Assembly: GCA_035285865.1 (NCBI GenBank)
Contig: JAYKHS010000026.1
Coordinates: 32,001-96,000, forward strand
DNA from: Candidatus Sericytochromatia bacterium
GTDB taxonomy: Bacteria > Cyanobacteriota > Sericytochromatia > S15B-MN24 > VGJW01
Reading direction: 5' to 3'
Length of the DNA: 64,000 nucleotides
In this document: in pieces, positions 46,206 through 56,003 of the stretch
How positions within the stretch are numbered: the stretch's first letter is position 1
Layout of the letters: each line of letters begins with the position of its first letter
Position numbers and translations under genes: made by a program
The notes under the pieces: generated by a model
The model's input: the letters and a program-made list of their open reading frames with translations, nothing else
Databases searched by the model: none
Told to the model about the DNA's origin: nothing

Positions 46206-47402
46206 CTACCGGCCGCGCGGGTGCTCGATGGCCAGCATGTCGGTACGGAAGGCCTGTTCGCTCATCTGCTCGCGCTGTCCCCACGGGTTCAGATAGGTCA
46301 CCTTGCCGTCGCGGATCGATTCGATCTGGATCTGGTGGCCACCGCCGCTCTCCCAGACGACGCTTGCCGGCACGGGGCCATGACCTTGCTGGATCAGGCG
46401 CTTGACCTCGGAGACGAGTTCCTCGCGGTTCCATCGCGTGGCCATCCGCGAACGCCACGGTTCACCTTGCAGTTGGGCGTTGAGGCTGGCGCTGGCCCAC
46501 GAAGTCAGGCCGCCGGGCAGCGGCAAGGGGCCGAGGCGGGCCTTGTCGTCGGTGTTGTCATAGCCGAGAGGCGAGGCAACCTCCATGAAGGCGGGCTGGA
46601 CGAGGCGCGCCACCGTCGTGCGCATGCCGTCATTCGTTGACAGCCAGTCCGGTTCGCGGACGGCCGTGCGTCCGCCCGCCAGCACGACCTTGCCGCTTGG
46701 CGACGCAAGGCCCGATGCGACTCGGACGAACTCCGCGGGATGCTGGCGCATCAGCAGGATCTGCGCCGTAGTGGCGACGCACGTGCCCTTTTCACGCTGC
46801 TCGACCCGGATGGGCTGTTCCAACTCGACGACGAGCTCGTTCATGAAGCGCTTTCGGTCCAGACCGGGGACGAGCGGTTGGTTCACGAGGCCGTGCAGCA
46901 GGGTCAGGGTCGGCTGCCCGCCGCGCAGGGCCGGGGCACCCGGCAGATCGCCGCGCAGCAGCAGGAGTTGCAGGGAGCGACCGGCCCAAGGGTCGAGCGC
47001 CTCCAGGATGACCCGGTAGCGGTTGCGGTCGGCCTCGGACAGGCGCGCCAAGGCGGCCTCGGCCTTGGGAGCATCGCCGATGAGCGCCGCGGCGGCCGCA
47101 TCCATCTCGCGCTTGGTCCATTCGTTGGCCGCAGATGGATCTTCGAGGACGCGACGCTCGGCCGTGCCCTTCATCGGGGCGCCCGTGTGCCAGCGCAACA
47201 GATGCAGCGCCTTGTCGCCCAGCTCGCGCAGCTGCCTGCCGACGTCGCCGGCATCGGGCAGGGAGGCCTGTGCGGCACGGGATGCGGCGGCACGCGCCGT
47301 GGAGACCACGGCAGGATTACCCATTCGGGTCGCGGGCGTACGTGACGACGCGCTGCGTGCCTGGACAGGCGTGGGCCGGATGGATGGAATCACGGGGGGC
47401 AT
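46206..47402 (-). CDS. putative papain/calpain-fold cysteine peptidase
   Basis: QREKGTC ... GGGHQI ... YLNPWG gives Q/C, H and N in papain-fold order. Confidence 0.6.
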   Translation of the reverse strand: MPPVIPSIRPTPVQARSASSRTPATRMGNPAVVSTARAAASRAAQASLPDAGDVGRQLRELGDKALHLLRWHTGAPMKGTAERRVLEDPSAANEWTKREMDAAAAALIGDAPKAEAALARLSEADRNRYRVILEALDPWAGRSLQLLLLRGDLPGAPALRGGQPTLTLLHGLVNQPLVPGLDRKRFMNELVVELEQPIRVEQREKGTCVATTAQILLMRQHPAEFVRVASGLASPSGKVVLAGGRTAVREPDWLSTNDGMRTTVARLVQPAFMEVASPLGYDNTDDKARLGPLPLPGGLTSWASASLNAQLQGEPWRSRMATRWNREELVSEVKRLIQQGHGPVPASVVWESGGGHQIQIESIRDGKVTYLNPWGQREQMSEQAFRTDMLAIEHPRGR

Positions 47403-47468
47403 GCCGGATTGTCCGCAACTTGCAGCCTGCGCTTGACCGCAGGGGGGGAAGATGTCTTGAATCTTCGG

Positions 47469-49403
47469 TTAAATCTGGGAATCAGGCTTTTCCCAGACCC
47501 TTGCAGTGACGAAGATGTCGAGCAACGTACGGTCCAGGTGCCCGCGACCAGCTTCGTCGTGCAGGATGTCCAGCGCCTTCTCGAGCGGCACGGCCTTCTT
47601 GTATGGGCGGTCGGATGCCGTCAGGGCATCGTGGATGTCGGCGATGGCCATCATCCGCGACTGGAGCGGGATGGCGTCACCTGCAAGGCCGAGCGGATAT
47701 CCCGAGCCGTTCATGCGCTCATGGTGGGCCCCGGCGATGGAAGGAATGCCCGAGAGCTCGGGGGTCCACGGAATCTGGGCCAAGAACCGCTGGGTGTGGA
47801 CCACGTGGCGCTCGATCTCCTGACGTTCGTCGGCATCGAGACTGCCGCGGCGGATCGACAGGAGCCTCACTTCGCCGGCTTCAAGCACGGCGCGTTCCCG
47901 GCCTTCGCCGTCGGTCCACCTCTGGTTGGCCAGTTTCTGAAGGAGGTCGAAGTTGCCGTCCTCCAGCACCGTCGGTTCGTTCGCGGAGAGAATCAGGGCC
48001 AGCCAGCGATCGATGCGAGCCTCGGCCTCGGCAGCGTCCCGGTCCATCTGCGGGCAGCAGGCGGCGTAGGTCTCGGCTCCCTTGTCGAGGACCAGCGCCA
48101 GGCGATGACGGGCATCGGCCAGCCGGGTTGCCTGGCGCATGGCCGCGAGGCGTTCGCGGACCTGCTCCAAGTGCCAGGGATAGAGCTTCTTGGCCTTGAC
48201 CAGCACCTCCTCCCGAACGCCCACCTTGCCGAAATCGTGCAGGAGGGAGGCATAGCGGAGTTCACGCAGATGCATGAGCGAGAACCGGACCGGCGCCAGC
48301 GCACCGTTCGGCGTCTCGTCAACCATCCGGGCCAGGTTGACCGTCAGGGTCGCAACCCGGGAGCTGTGCCCTGAGGTCGTGGGGTCCCGACTCTCGATGG
48401 CCGTGACTGACGCCTGCACGAAGCCTTCGAACAGCTCCTCGATATTCTTGACCAACCGCGCGTTCTCGAGCGCGACGCCTGCCTGCGAGGCCAGGGACGA
48501 GGCAAAGGTCACGCTGCCCTCGTCGAACGCCAACACGAAGCGCCTGACGTGCTCGGGACTGGCAAGCACGGCTTCGGCGTGCCGCTTGCGGTTGATCAGT
48601 TGGACCACGCCGACGACGTGGCCGCCGCGATCGCGCATCGGCACGACCAGCATCGAGTGCGTGGTGTAGCCGGTCTTCAGGTCCCATGCGCCGTCAAAGG
48701 AGAAGTCCGAGCCTGGGGGAAGGTGGGCCACGTCCTCGATGACGAGGGGGATCCCCGTGAGTGCTACCGCACCGGCGATGGAGGCCTTGTCGATGGGGAC
48801 CGTGAACTCTTCGTAGGCGACGTTCATCGAGTCGTTCTGGGACAGCTTGAAGCGCAGCCTGCGTCCACCCTGGCCATCGGGTTCGACGAGGTACAGCGAT
48901 CCGGCATCCGCCGTCGTCACTTCGCGACACTTGCGGAGAATCAGCGCCAGGAGGGTCTCCGGATCGCGTTCCGTGGTCAGGGCAATGCCGATGCGGTGGA
49001 CTTCCTCCAGTTGCTTGCCGAAGCGCTCCCGGGCATCAAGGGCCGCCATGCGCTCCTGTTGCAGTTGGTCCTGTGCCAAGGCGGAACGGAGCACGATGCG
49101 CCACTGCGTCGCGCTGGCTTCCTGGGGCAGCCAGCCCCAGAAGGCGTCCTCCGGCAGGAGGTCGGTCGCAGGTGTCGTTGTCGGACCGCTGCCGATCAGC
49201 AGGCCTCCGTCCGCCACGTGTCGCCGAAGGCGTTCACGGATGGCTACGTCCGTCAGCAAGGTGACCGGGACAACGAGGATGCCCGACGTGGCCAGAGCGC
49301 CGACAAGGCCTTGCAGGCCGGAATAGCGGCGAATGGGCAGGTCGGCGGCCCACTCGGCATCGCCGGGTCCGGTCGCGGCATCGAGCCAGATAGTTCGTGC
49401 CAT
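47469..49403 (-). CDS. GAF + HD-GYP phosphodiesterase
   Basis: GAF (ADAGSLY, SMLVVPM, GVVQLINR), TSGHSSRV, LLHDFGK, HHERMNGSGYP. Confidence 0.93.
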   Translation of the reverse strand: MARTIWLDAATGPGDAEWAADLPIRRYSGLQGLVGALATSGILVVPVTLLTDVAIRERLRRHVADGGLLIGSGPTTTPATDLLPEDAFWGWLPQEASATQWRIVLRSALAQDQLQQERMAALDARERFGKQLEEVHRIGIALTTERDPETLLALILRKCREVTTADAGSLYLVEPDGQGGRRLRFKLSQNDSMNVAYEEFTVPIDKASIAGAVALTGIPLVIEDVAHLPPGSDFSFDGAWDLKTGYTTHSMLVVPMRDRGGHVVGVVQLINRKRHAEAVLASPEHVRRFVLAFDEGSVTFASSLASQAGVALENARLVKNIEELFEGFVQASVTAIESRDPTTSGHSSRVATLTVNLARMVDETPNGALAPVRFSLMHLRELRYASLLHDFGKVGVREEVLVKAKKLYPWHLEQVRERLAAMRQATRLADARHRLALVLDKGAETYAACCPQMDRDAAEAEARIDRWLALILSANEPTVLEDGNFDLLQKLANQRWTDGEGRERAVLEAGEVRLLSIRRGSLDADERQEIERHVVHTQRFLAQIPWTPELSGIPSIAGAHHERMNGSGYPLGLAGDAIPLQSRMMAIADIHDALTASDRPYKKAVPLEKALDILHDEAGRGHLDRTLLDIFVTARVWEKPDSQI

Positions 49404-49454
49404 GGGCCGCGTGCCCCGGAGATCGAGGTTGGCCGAGGGCGAGGACATGCGAAG

Positions 49455-51068
49455 ATGATAGACGAAAGCCTCTTCGCCTGCATGAGCGACCATCTGCCCT
49501 ATCTCTGCCGCCCGGGACGCAGCAGGCGGGTCCTGCTGACGACCGAGGACGATGCCGTCCGGGCCTGGTCGTGGCCCGAGACCGTCGATGCAGCCCGCAA
49601 GGCAGCTGCGCGCTTGTTGGAGCGAGGCTTCCAGCCAGGGGACGTGGCGGTCTTTTCCGGGGTCGTCCATCCGGGGGCATGGTTTGCCGCGTGGGGCGTC
49701 TGGCTGGTCGGCGGGCGCGTGGCCTGGGTCGAGGAGCCCGAGGACGCCGAACCCGCAGCAAGGCATCTGGAAGCCTGCCTGCATGTCGGTCCCCGGGGCG
49801 AGGATCCTTGGACGCTGGTTTCCGGAGACCTGCCCGACGACGGGCAGGTCGTGGAACTGGATCGACGCGAGGCCGGCACCACGCCGGACGAGACGGCCTT
49901 GATCCTTTGTCCGCGGGGGCATCGGGGGCTGCGTGGCGACGTCTTCAGCCACGGCGGACTCGTCCGGGCGGCTCGTGCCTTTGCCCGTCACGCCTTCCTG
50001 ACGCCTTCCGACCGCTTGCTCGTCGGAACCACGGCCGATCATCCCGTCACATGGGGGACCATGCTGGCATTCGCCGTCTCAGAGGTCTCGCTCGTGCTGC
50101 CTTCCCGAGCCCCCGGAGGGCGAACGCCTGCCGAGGATCTTGCTACCGTCTGGCTTGCGCCCGCCTGCCTGCTGGATCGTCGAGTCGCTCGCCTGCACGA
50201 GCGATTGCGGGGTCGGGGGCGCCTCTCCCACGCGCTTTCGCGCTGGGCGCTCGCCGAAGGCGTGGCGTCAACCGAGCGCCGGGAGCGGGCCAGGTCGACC
50301 ACGCGGGGCGAGGCGCGCCGACACGCGCTGGCGGAGCGCTGGTTGCTGGATGATCTTCGGGGCCACCTCGGGCCCTCCTTGCGCCTGGTGTTCGCCGTCG
50401 GCGATCGCCCGCGCGTGCTGACCCGCCGCTATAACCGAGCCGTCGGCATCGCGTTGCTCGAGGGCCTTGCTTGTCGGCGGGTGGCTGGCCTCGTGGCATG
50501 TGCCCGTCCCTACGAGGAGATTGACCTAGGGCTGGGGGAGGTCCTCGAAGGGGTTCGGATCGAGGCGACGGACTCGGGGGAGCTTCTGCTGGCAGGACAG
50601 GCCGTCATTCGTGGAAGGTTTCGCGATTCGGCCGGCAGCGATGCCCTCCGATTCGCAGGCTGGGTCCGTGGGGGGATGCGCGTCGAGCGCGAAGGTCAGC
50701 ATGTCTTGCGCGTGATGCCCGAGGGCCCTGCCGAGGATCCGATCTGGCCGGGACGGGACTGGGAAACCCTGCTGGCCGACGTGCTCGGCCTCACGGCTGC
50801 GGTGCGCATCCCGGACGTGGGCATGGTGCTCGAGGCACCCGGTTGGGTTCCGGCGGCCCCGTGGTGGGCCGAGGGGGCCGAGGCGCTGCGCACTGGCCGT
50901 CCCCACCCCGGCGTCGGGCGGGTGCTGTTCGACCTTTTGGGAGCGCCCGAGGCCGAGCATGAAGGCGTGGCATGGCATCTGGTCGAGGGGCTGCCGCGGA
51001 CGTCGCTGGGAGCGCTGGACAGGGATGCGTTGCGACGGGCGTGGGGACGAAAGGAGTGGCTTTCGTGA
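49455..51068 (+). CDS. divergent AMP-binding (long-chain acyl-CoA synthetase-like) protein
   Basis: RGFQPGDVAV, DETALILC...VFSHG, LGPSLRLVF, GELLLAG; P-loop degenerate. Confidence 0.65.
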   Translation: MIDESLFACMSDHLPYLCRPGRSRRVLLTTEDDAVRAWSWPETVDAARKAAARLLERGFQPGDVAVFSGVVHPGAWFAAWGVWLVGGRVAWVEEPEDAEPAARHLEACLHVGPRGEDPWTLVSGDLPDDGQVVELDRREAGTTPDETALILCPRGHRGLRGDVFSHGGLVRAARAFARHAFLTPSDRLLVGTTADHPVTWGTMLAFAVSEVSLVLPSRAPGGRTPAEDLATVWLAPACLLDRRVARLHERLRGRGRLSHALSRWALAEGVASTERRERARSTTRGEARRHALAERWLLDDLRGHLGPSLRLVFAVGDRPRVLTRRYNRAVGIALLEGLACRRVAGLVACARPYEEIDLGLGEVLEGVRIEATDSGELLLAGQAVIRGRFRDSAGSDALRFAGWVRGGMRVEREGQHVLRVMPEGPAEDPIWPGRDWETLLADVLGLTAAVRIPDVGMVLEAPGWVPAAPWWAEGAEALRTGRPHPGVGRVLFDLLGAPEAEHEGVAWHLVEGLPRTSLGALDRDALRRAWGRKEWLS

Positions 51069-51079
51069 CGGAAGGCTTC

Positions 51080-52021
51080 ATGGAGACGCGTCTCACGCGT
51101 TTGCTGGGCATTCGCCATCCCGTCATCCAGGCCGGGATGATCTGGGTTTCCGGCGCACGGCTTGCGGCAGCCGTCAGCGAAGCGGGCGGGCTCGGGACGT
51201 TGGGTGCCGGCAGCATGCGGCCAGAAGTGTTCCTCGACCAGGTACGCAAGCTGCGCGCGGCCACCACGCGCCCGTGGGCCGTGAACCTGCCGGTCTTCTA
51301 CCGTCATGTCGAGGAGATCGTGCCCCTTGCGCTACGGGAAGGGTGTCGCATCTTCATCACCTCGGCGGGTAATCCGGCCAAGTGGACGCCCGTCCTCAAG
51401 GATGCCGGCGCCATGGTGCTGCACGTGGTCGCGACGGCGCGGCAGGCCGAGAAGTGCGCGGCGCTCGGCCTCGACGGGGTCGTGGCCGAGGGCTTCGAGG
51501 CCGGCGGGCACAACGGCCCGGACGAGTTGACCACCATGGTGCTGGTGCCCCAGGTCGTGCGTGCCGTGGACATTCCGGTCGTGGCGGCAGGTGGCGTGGT
51601 CGACGGCGCGTCGATGGCGGCGGCTTTGGCGCTGGGGGCTGATGGAGTCCAAGTCGGCACCCGTTTCGCGTGTACCGTCGAGTCTTCGGCTCATCCTGCC
51701 TACAAGCAGGCCATCATGGGTGCAGGCGAGACTGACACCGTGTTGGCGCTGAAGTCCGTCATGCCGGTTCGCCTCCTGAAGAATGCGTTCTGGCAGCAGG
51801 TGCGGGCAGCAGAGGCGCGTGGGGCCACTCCTGAGGAGCTGCGCGAATTGCTGGGCACGGGCCGACCGCGGCGCGCCATTCATCTGGGCGAACTGGAGGA
51901 TGGCGAGATCGAGGTTGGCCAGGTGGCAGGGGCTATCCGCGACATGCCTCATGCCGCGGACGTCGTGACGGCCATGGTCAGGGAGGCTCGTCAGACGATC
52001 GGCCGTCTGGCAAGGCTCTGA
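51080..52021 (+). CDS. nitronate monooxygenase / FabK-family flavoprotein
   Basis: HPVIQAGM, EAGGLG, AEGFEAGGH, PVVAAGG, GADGVQVGTRF. Confidence 0.93.
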   Translation: METRLTRLLGIRHPVIQAGMIWVSGARLAAAVSEAGGLGTLGAGSMRPEVFLDQVRKLRAATTRPWAVNLPVFYRHVEEIVPLALREGCRIFITSAGNPAKWTPVLKDAGAMVLHVVATARQAEKCAALGLDGVVAEGFEAGGHNGPDELTTMVLVPQVVRAVDIPVVAAGGVVDGASMAAALALGADGVQVGTRFACTVESSAHPAYKQAIMGAGETDTVLALKSVMPVRLLKNAFWQQVRAAEARGATPEELRELLGTGRPRRAIHLGELEDGEIEVGQVAGAIRDMPHAADVVTAMVREARQTIGRLARL

Positions 52022-52028
52022 CAGTCTG

Positions 52029-53246
52029 TCAGAATCCGAGGCTGGCCTTGATCTGGTCGTAGGCTGACCGGGCCTTCTCCCTGGATGTGGCGTTGCCGAT
52101 CCGGCCGATGGCCGTGAGCGCTTCGCCAAGGTCCTTGGCCGTATTGACGTTGTCCTCAAGGGCTTCGGCAAGCTGGGTTCGTGTCGCAGAGTCCGTCACC
52201 GCGGCGGCGACTCCGACCAGCTCGCGCCAACGTGCCGTCGCGGCATCCTGGCCCTGGATGCCGTTGGCCCACTGGATCAGGGTAGCCGTCGACTTGTCTG
52301 CTGGCCGGCTGATGCCGGCAGGCCTGAAGCCACCCACCACAAGCGATGACAGGCCACTTGCCTGTGCAAGGTTCGAGACGGCAGGACCGACCTTGCTCGA
52401 GGTCTGGGGGGTACTGTTGCCGCGCGCGGTGGCTGCCGCCTTGATGTTGCGGCTGCCCAGACTGGCGGCGGTAGCCTGGCCACCGGCGACGCGCGCTTGA
52501 ACCACGCTGTTGCCCTGATCACCCCTGAATCCGTACGTATCTCGCGCAAGTTGTCCGGCACCGGCCGACGAGACGGAGGCCAGACTGCGCCGGCTGGCCT
52601 CGGCGATGTCCACACGCGTGCCTGCGAGGGTTGGCCCGATCTTGCCGGTCTTCAGGATGCCCCGCCCGACCTCGACGGGCTTGTCCACCGCTGCGACAGG
52701 GGGCCACGTCCGGTCGTCGTCGGTCTGGTCATAGGTGGTTTCCGGTCCCTCGAAACGCAACTCGCGACCGGAGACCTCGTCCCGCCAACGGGCTACCCGC
52801 TTGCTCGCGTAGCTGTTCCGGCGCTGGAAGGCGTCCCACTGTTCCCATTTGTGGACGGTGTAGTCCACGTAGGGGGTTTCGGTCCAATCCAGGCGATTGA
52901 TGGCGACCTTGGTATGGCTCAGCGTGATCTGGATGCGGCCTTGGACCTTCGTGGAGTAGGTGGGGGCATCCTTGACCTCGAAGGTCTCGAACTTTTTCTG
53001 CGTCGGCTCGGAGACCCGCATCGGCACATCGCGCTCGTTTCGGCGCAGGGTCTGTCGCGAACCGGGAATCTCGGCACCGGTCGCCGTGCGGCGGATTTCC
53101 ACGACACCGGGTTTGAAGGCACTGACCCGCTCCGTGCCCGTGTGGCGGTAGTCGGGCCAGAGGTCCGGAGGACCGGCCATCGCCGGCTGGCTCGTGACCA
53201 GAACGGCAGCGGCGCCAAGCAGGGTCGCGTATGCCTTGCTGTTCAT
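52029..53246 (-). CDS. secreted hypothetical protein (paralogue B)
   Basis: Signal peptide ending PAMA; SD-like AAGGAG/GGAG upstream; homologous to 53374-54480. Confidence 0.8.
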   Translation of the reverse strand: MNSKAYATLLGAAAVLVTSQPAMAGPPDLWPDYRHTGTERVSAFKPGVVEIRRTATGAEIPGSRQTLRRNERDVPMRVSEPTQKKFETFEVKDAPTYSTKVQGRIQITLSHTKVAINRLDWTETPYVDYTVHKWEQWDAFQRRNSYASKRVARWRDEVSGRELRFEGPETTYDQTDDDRTWPPVAAVDKPVEVGRGILKTGKIGPTLAGTRVDIAEASRRSLASVSSAGAGQLARDTYGFRGDQGNSVVQARVAGGQATAASLGSRNIKAAATARGNSTPQTSSKVGPAVSNLAQASGLSSLVVGGFRPAGISRPADKSTATLIQWANGIQGQDAATARWRELVGVAAAVTDSATRTQLAEALEDNVNTAKDLGEALTAIGRIGNATSREKARSAYDQIKASLGF

Positions 53247-53323
53247 GGTCTCCACTCCTTGGTTATCGGGACCGATGGTTCCATGCCCACGATCGGCCAG
53301 GGCTCAAACGCCACACGGACGAG

Positions 53324-53353
53324 CGGGGCGGGTTCCGGAAGGAACCCGCCCCG
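53324..53353. terminator. perfect 13-bp hairpin between the paralogues
   Basis: CGGGGCGGGTTCC-GGAA-GGAACCCGCCCCG. No U-tract after it on the coding strand, so terminator or mRNA stabiliser. Confidence 0.55.
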
Positions 53354-53373
53354 AAAAACGCACAAGCGCGGTG

Positions 53374-54480
53374 TTACCCGCCTTGTCTGCGAAGCGCCGC
53401 CCGCGCCTTCAGGATCTGCTTGGTCGCGTTGAGGATTGCGTCGCGGTTGCTCTTCAGGAGAGCGTTCTTGCGCGCATTTTCCAGCGCAGCCTTGATCTGG
53501 GCATCGGTAGCGTCCGGGTTCTTCAGAAGGGTGAGTGCCGACTGGAGACGAACCGAAACTTGTGACCGAGTGTTCAGGTTGACCAAGCGTGCGGCTGCCT
53601 TCTCGATGGCAGCATTGGCGCGGACCACCACGGGGCTGGCCGCCTGCGCAGACTTGACGCTCCTTGAACCCAGATTCGCAGCAACCTGCCCTGCCGTGGC
53701 CTTCGGAGCTTGCGTGACGCCCTTGGCCGAATCCCCTTGGAACACGCGGGAGGGGCCTTCGCCGCCGCCGCTACCCGCTGCCGTCGAAGCTGCCTGGACC
53801 GTGGCCAGCGACTTACGGGCCACTTCCTTGACCTCGGTACGGGAGGACACGAACCCGGGACCCTTGCGCTCCGACTTGTCGACGCCAGCGCCGACGAAGA
53901 CCTTGGGATCCTCGGCAGCCACCCAGCCGGTGACGGCAGATTCGACGGCCGAATAGCGTGACTCGTGACCGGAGAAGACTTGAGCGGCTCCCGAGACCGG
54001 ATTGGTCCACGTCACCCGGACCGTGCGCCGATAGGGCACGTCCTTCAGGAACTCGTCGCGCTGATCCCACTTCTTGACGGTGTAGTCCTTGAAGGGAGTC
54101 TCGGTCCACGTGTAGCGGAACTTGTCGAACTTGGTCGCCGACATCGTGGAGTGGATGCGGCCCTGAATCTTGGTGCTGAAGACCGGGGCGCCGGGAACCT
54201 CCTCGAAGGACTCATGATTCTGGATCGGGTCCTTCTCACGGAGCGATTCCACGCGCTCGTTGCGCCGGACGGTCTTGCGGGTTCCGGCAACCTCGGTGCC
54301 CGAACCGAGGGGGTCGATGACCTCCTGACCGGCCTTGAACTCATTGACACGCTCGGAGCCGACGAACTTGAAGTCGGGCCAGAGGTCGGGTGCGGCCGAA
54401 GCCTGCGGAACGATGAAGCCCTGAGCGAGAAGGGCCGACAAGGTCGACCAAGCCGCCACCTTGAGACGTCGAGGAGCCAT
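53374..54480 (-). CDS. secreted hypothetical protein (paralogue A)
   Basis: Signal peptide ending QASA; SD GGGAGG; shares PDLWPD, RRNER, STK(I/V)QGRI and WTETP with its neighbour. Confidence 0.8.
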   Translation of the reverse strand: MAPRRLKVAAWSTLSALLAQGFIVPQASAAPDLWPDFKFVGSERVNEFKAGQEVIDPLGSGTEVAGTRKTVRRNERVESLREKDPIQNHESFEEVPGAPVFSTKIQGRIHSTMSATKFDKFRYTWTETPFKDYTVKKWDQRDEFLKDVPYRRTVRVTWTNPVSGAAQVFSGHESRYSAVESAVTGWVAAEDPKVFVGAGVDKSERKGPGFVSSRTEVKEVARKSLATVQAASTAAGSGGGEGPSRVFQGDSAKGVTQAPKATAGQVAANLGSRSVKSAQAASPVVVRANAAIEKAAARLVNLNTRSQVSVRLQSALTLLKNPDATDAQIKAALENARKNALLKSNRDAILNATKQILKARAALRRQGG

Positions 54481-54557
54481 TGGGAGCGCCTCCCTTCATG
54501 ATTGTGATGTTTGCCAGCGATACCTGAGGAGACGCATTCCCCAAGTCGTCGCGTAAT

Positions 54558-55376
54558 TCACAAACCGGGATCGATTCTCCAAGGATTCTTCGTCGCGGCC
54601 TGGATGACCGCGGCGGCGTTGGCCAGCACCTGATCGGCCGTGTGCATCCCGACGAGCACGGCATCGACGAAGGGTCGCGTGGCATTCCACTGGATGCTTT
54701 CCCGCGCCACATCCGCCAGTCGACCCTCTCCGACGGCCTTCATGACCAGCACGCCGCGGCCGGCATCGTGGTGCGCGGCGAGTGCCCGGACGTAGTCTTC
54801 GAGGCTGGCGTCCATATGGTCGCCGAAGCGGTTGAAGTTGGTCATGACGGCATCGAGGTCCCGGTACTCCGGGTGCGTCAGCAGGTGCTCCAGCGTGTCG
54901 ATGTTGTGGGTCGAAAGGGCGATGGCACGAATGTCGCCCTGTGCTCTCCGCGCCCGCACGGCTGCCATGGCAGGTGCGCGCCTGTCGAGTTCCTCCGGTT
55001 CATCGACATCGTGCAGGAAATAGAGGTCAATCCACGACAGACCCATCTCGCGCAGGGCGGCGTCGATGCCCTCGTGTGTCGCGCTGCCCGTCGTCGCGTG
55101 CGTCTTGCTGGAGATCTGGACCTGATCCCGATCGGTCCCGACAAGGCCCTCACGCACGTGGCGGTGGGTCTGGTAGTCGTCCGAAGTGTCCCACCACGTG
55201 ATGCCCACATCCAATCCGAGGCGCATCAGGCCTCCGAGCTCGGCAGGATTCAGGGCACTCTGTGAGCTGGGGTGCCCGTTGCTGGCGGTCGTCCCGGTAC
55301 CGAAGCCCAGCAGGGACAGTTCGACTGCAGAGCGGCCGACGCGTCGGCGCGGCATCGCCTCTTCGTCGAGGATCAT
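54558..55376 (-). CDS. aldo/keto reductase
   Basis: SLLGFGT, WDTSDDY, ISSKT, IDLYFLH, AIALSTH, VLVMK; alternative start at 55355. Confidence 0.9.
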   Translation of the reverse strand: MILDEEAMPRRRVGRSAVELSLLGFGTGTTASNGHPSSQSALNPAELGGLMRLGLDVGITWWDTSDDYQTHRHVREGLVGTDRDQVQISSKTHATTGSATHEGIDAALREMGLSWIDLYFLHDVDEPEELDRRAPAMAAVRARRAQGDIRAIALSTHNIDTLEHLLTHPEYRDLDAVMTNFNRFGDHMDASLEDYVRALAAHHDAGRGVLVMKAVGEGRLADVARESIQWNATRPFVDAVLVGMHTADQVLANAAAVIQAATKNPWRIDPGL

Positions 55377-55930
55377 TCCGTGACGAGGGCCGGATCCGCC
55401 AGCCAGTACCGTTCCCACTCGGCGATCTGGGCGAGGCTGCTCATATCCTCCATGCGATCCAGGAAGACCTTGCCCACGAGGTGATCGGTCTCATGCTGGG
55501 CCACGACGGCCGGGAAGTCCTCGAGCTCCAGGTGTTGTTCCTCGCCGTGGCGATCGAGGAAGCGCAGCGCAATGCGCCGCACGCGCCTGACCTTGCCCCT
55601 CAGGCCGTCCACGGAAAGGCAGCCCTCCCAGACCTCGATGCGTTCGTCCGTGAGGAACGTGATTTCCGGGTTCACGAGCACGGTCAAGGGCCAGGTCGGA
55701 GCTGCAGGGTAGCGCGGATTCGCGGCCATCTCGATGATCTGGATCTGTTTGGAGACCGAGACCTGAGGGGCTGCGAGGCCGATGCCGGCGGCCGCCCGCA
55801 TGGTCTCGATCATGTCGTCGATCAGGCGCTGGGTCTCTGGGGACGCCAGCTCTTCCGGCGTCACGGGTTCCGCCATGCGGCGAAGGACGGGATTGCCAAG
55901 CTTGGCGATCTCCAGCAAGGCCACGGGCAT
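55373..55930 (-). CDS. def: peptide deformylase
   Basis: GIGLAAPQV, EGCLSV, QHETDHL; GTG at 55924 is an alternative start. Confidence 0.97.
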   Translation of the reverse strand: MPVALLEIAKLGNPVLRRMAEPVTPEELASPETQRLIDDMIETMRAAAGIGLAAPQVSVSKQIQIIEMAANPRYPAAPTWPLTVLVNPEITFLTDERIEVWEGCLSVDGLRGKVRRVRRIALRFLDRHGEEQHLELEDFPAVVAQHETDHLVGKVFLDRMEDMSSLAQIAEWERYWLADPALVTE

Positions 55931-55963
55931 TCCTCCTGTCGCGAATATTTTACCCCCAAAGCA

Positions 55964-55993
55964 GAAGCCCCCTGCCCTGGGGCGGGGGGCTTC
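55964..55993 (-). terminator. intrinsic terminator after the flp/small-protein unit
   Basis: GAAGCCCCC...GGGGGCTTC stem followed by TGCTTT on the minus strand. Confidence 0.65.
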
Positions 55994-56003
55994 CAAGTGC
56001 TGG

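Noticed and set aside
54500..54562. CRP sites (TGTGA and TCACA half-sites) upstream of the secreted paralogues
   Set aside because: Only isolated half-sites; no TGTGA-N6-TCACA match.
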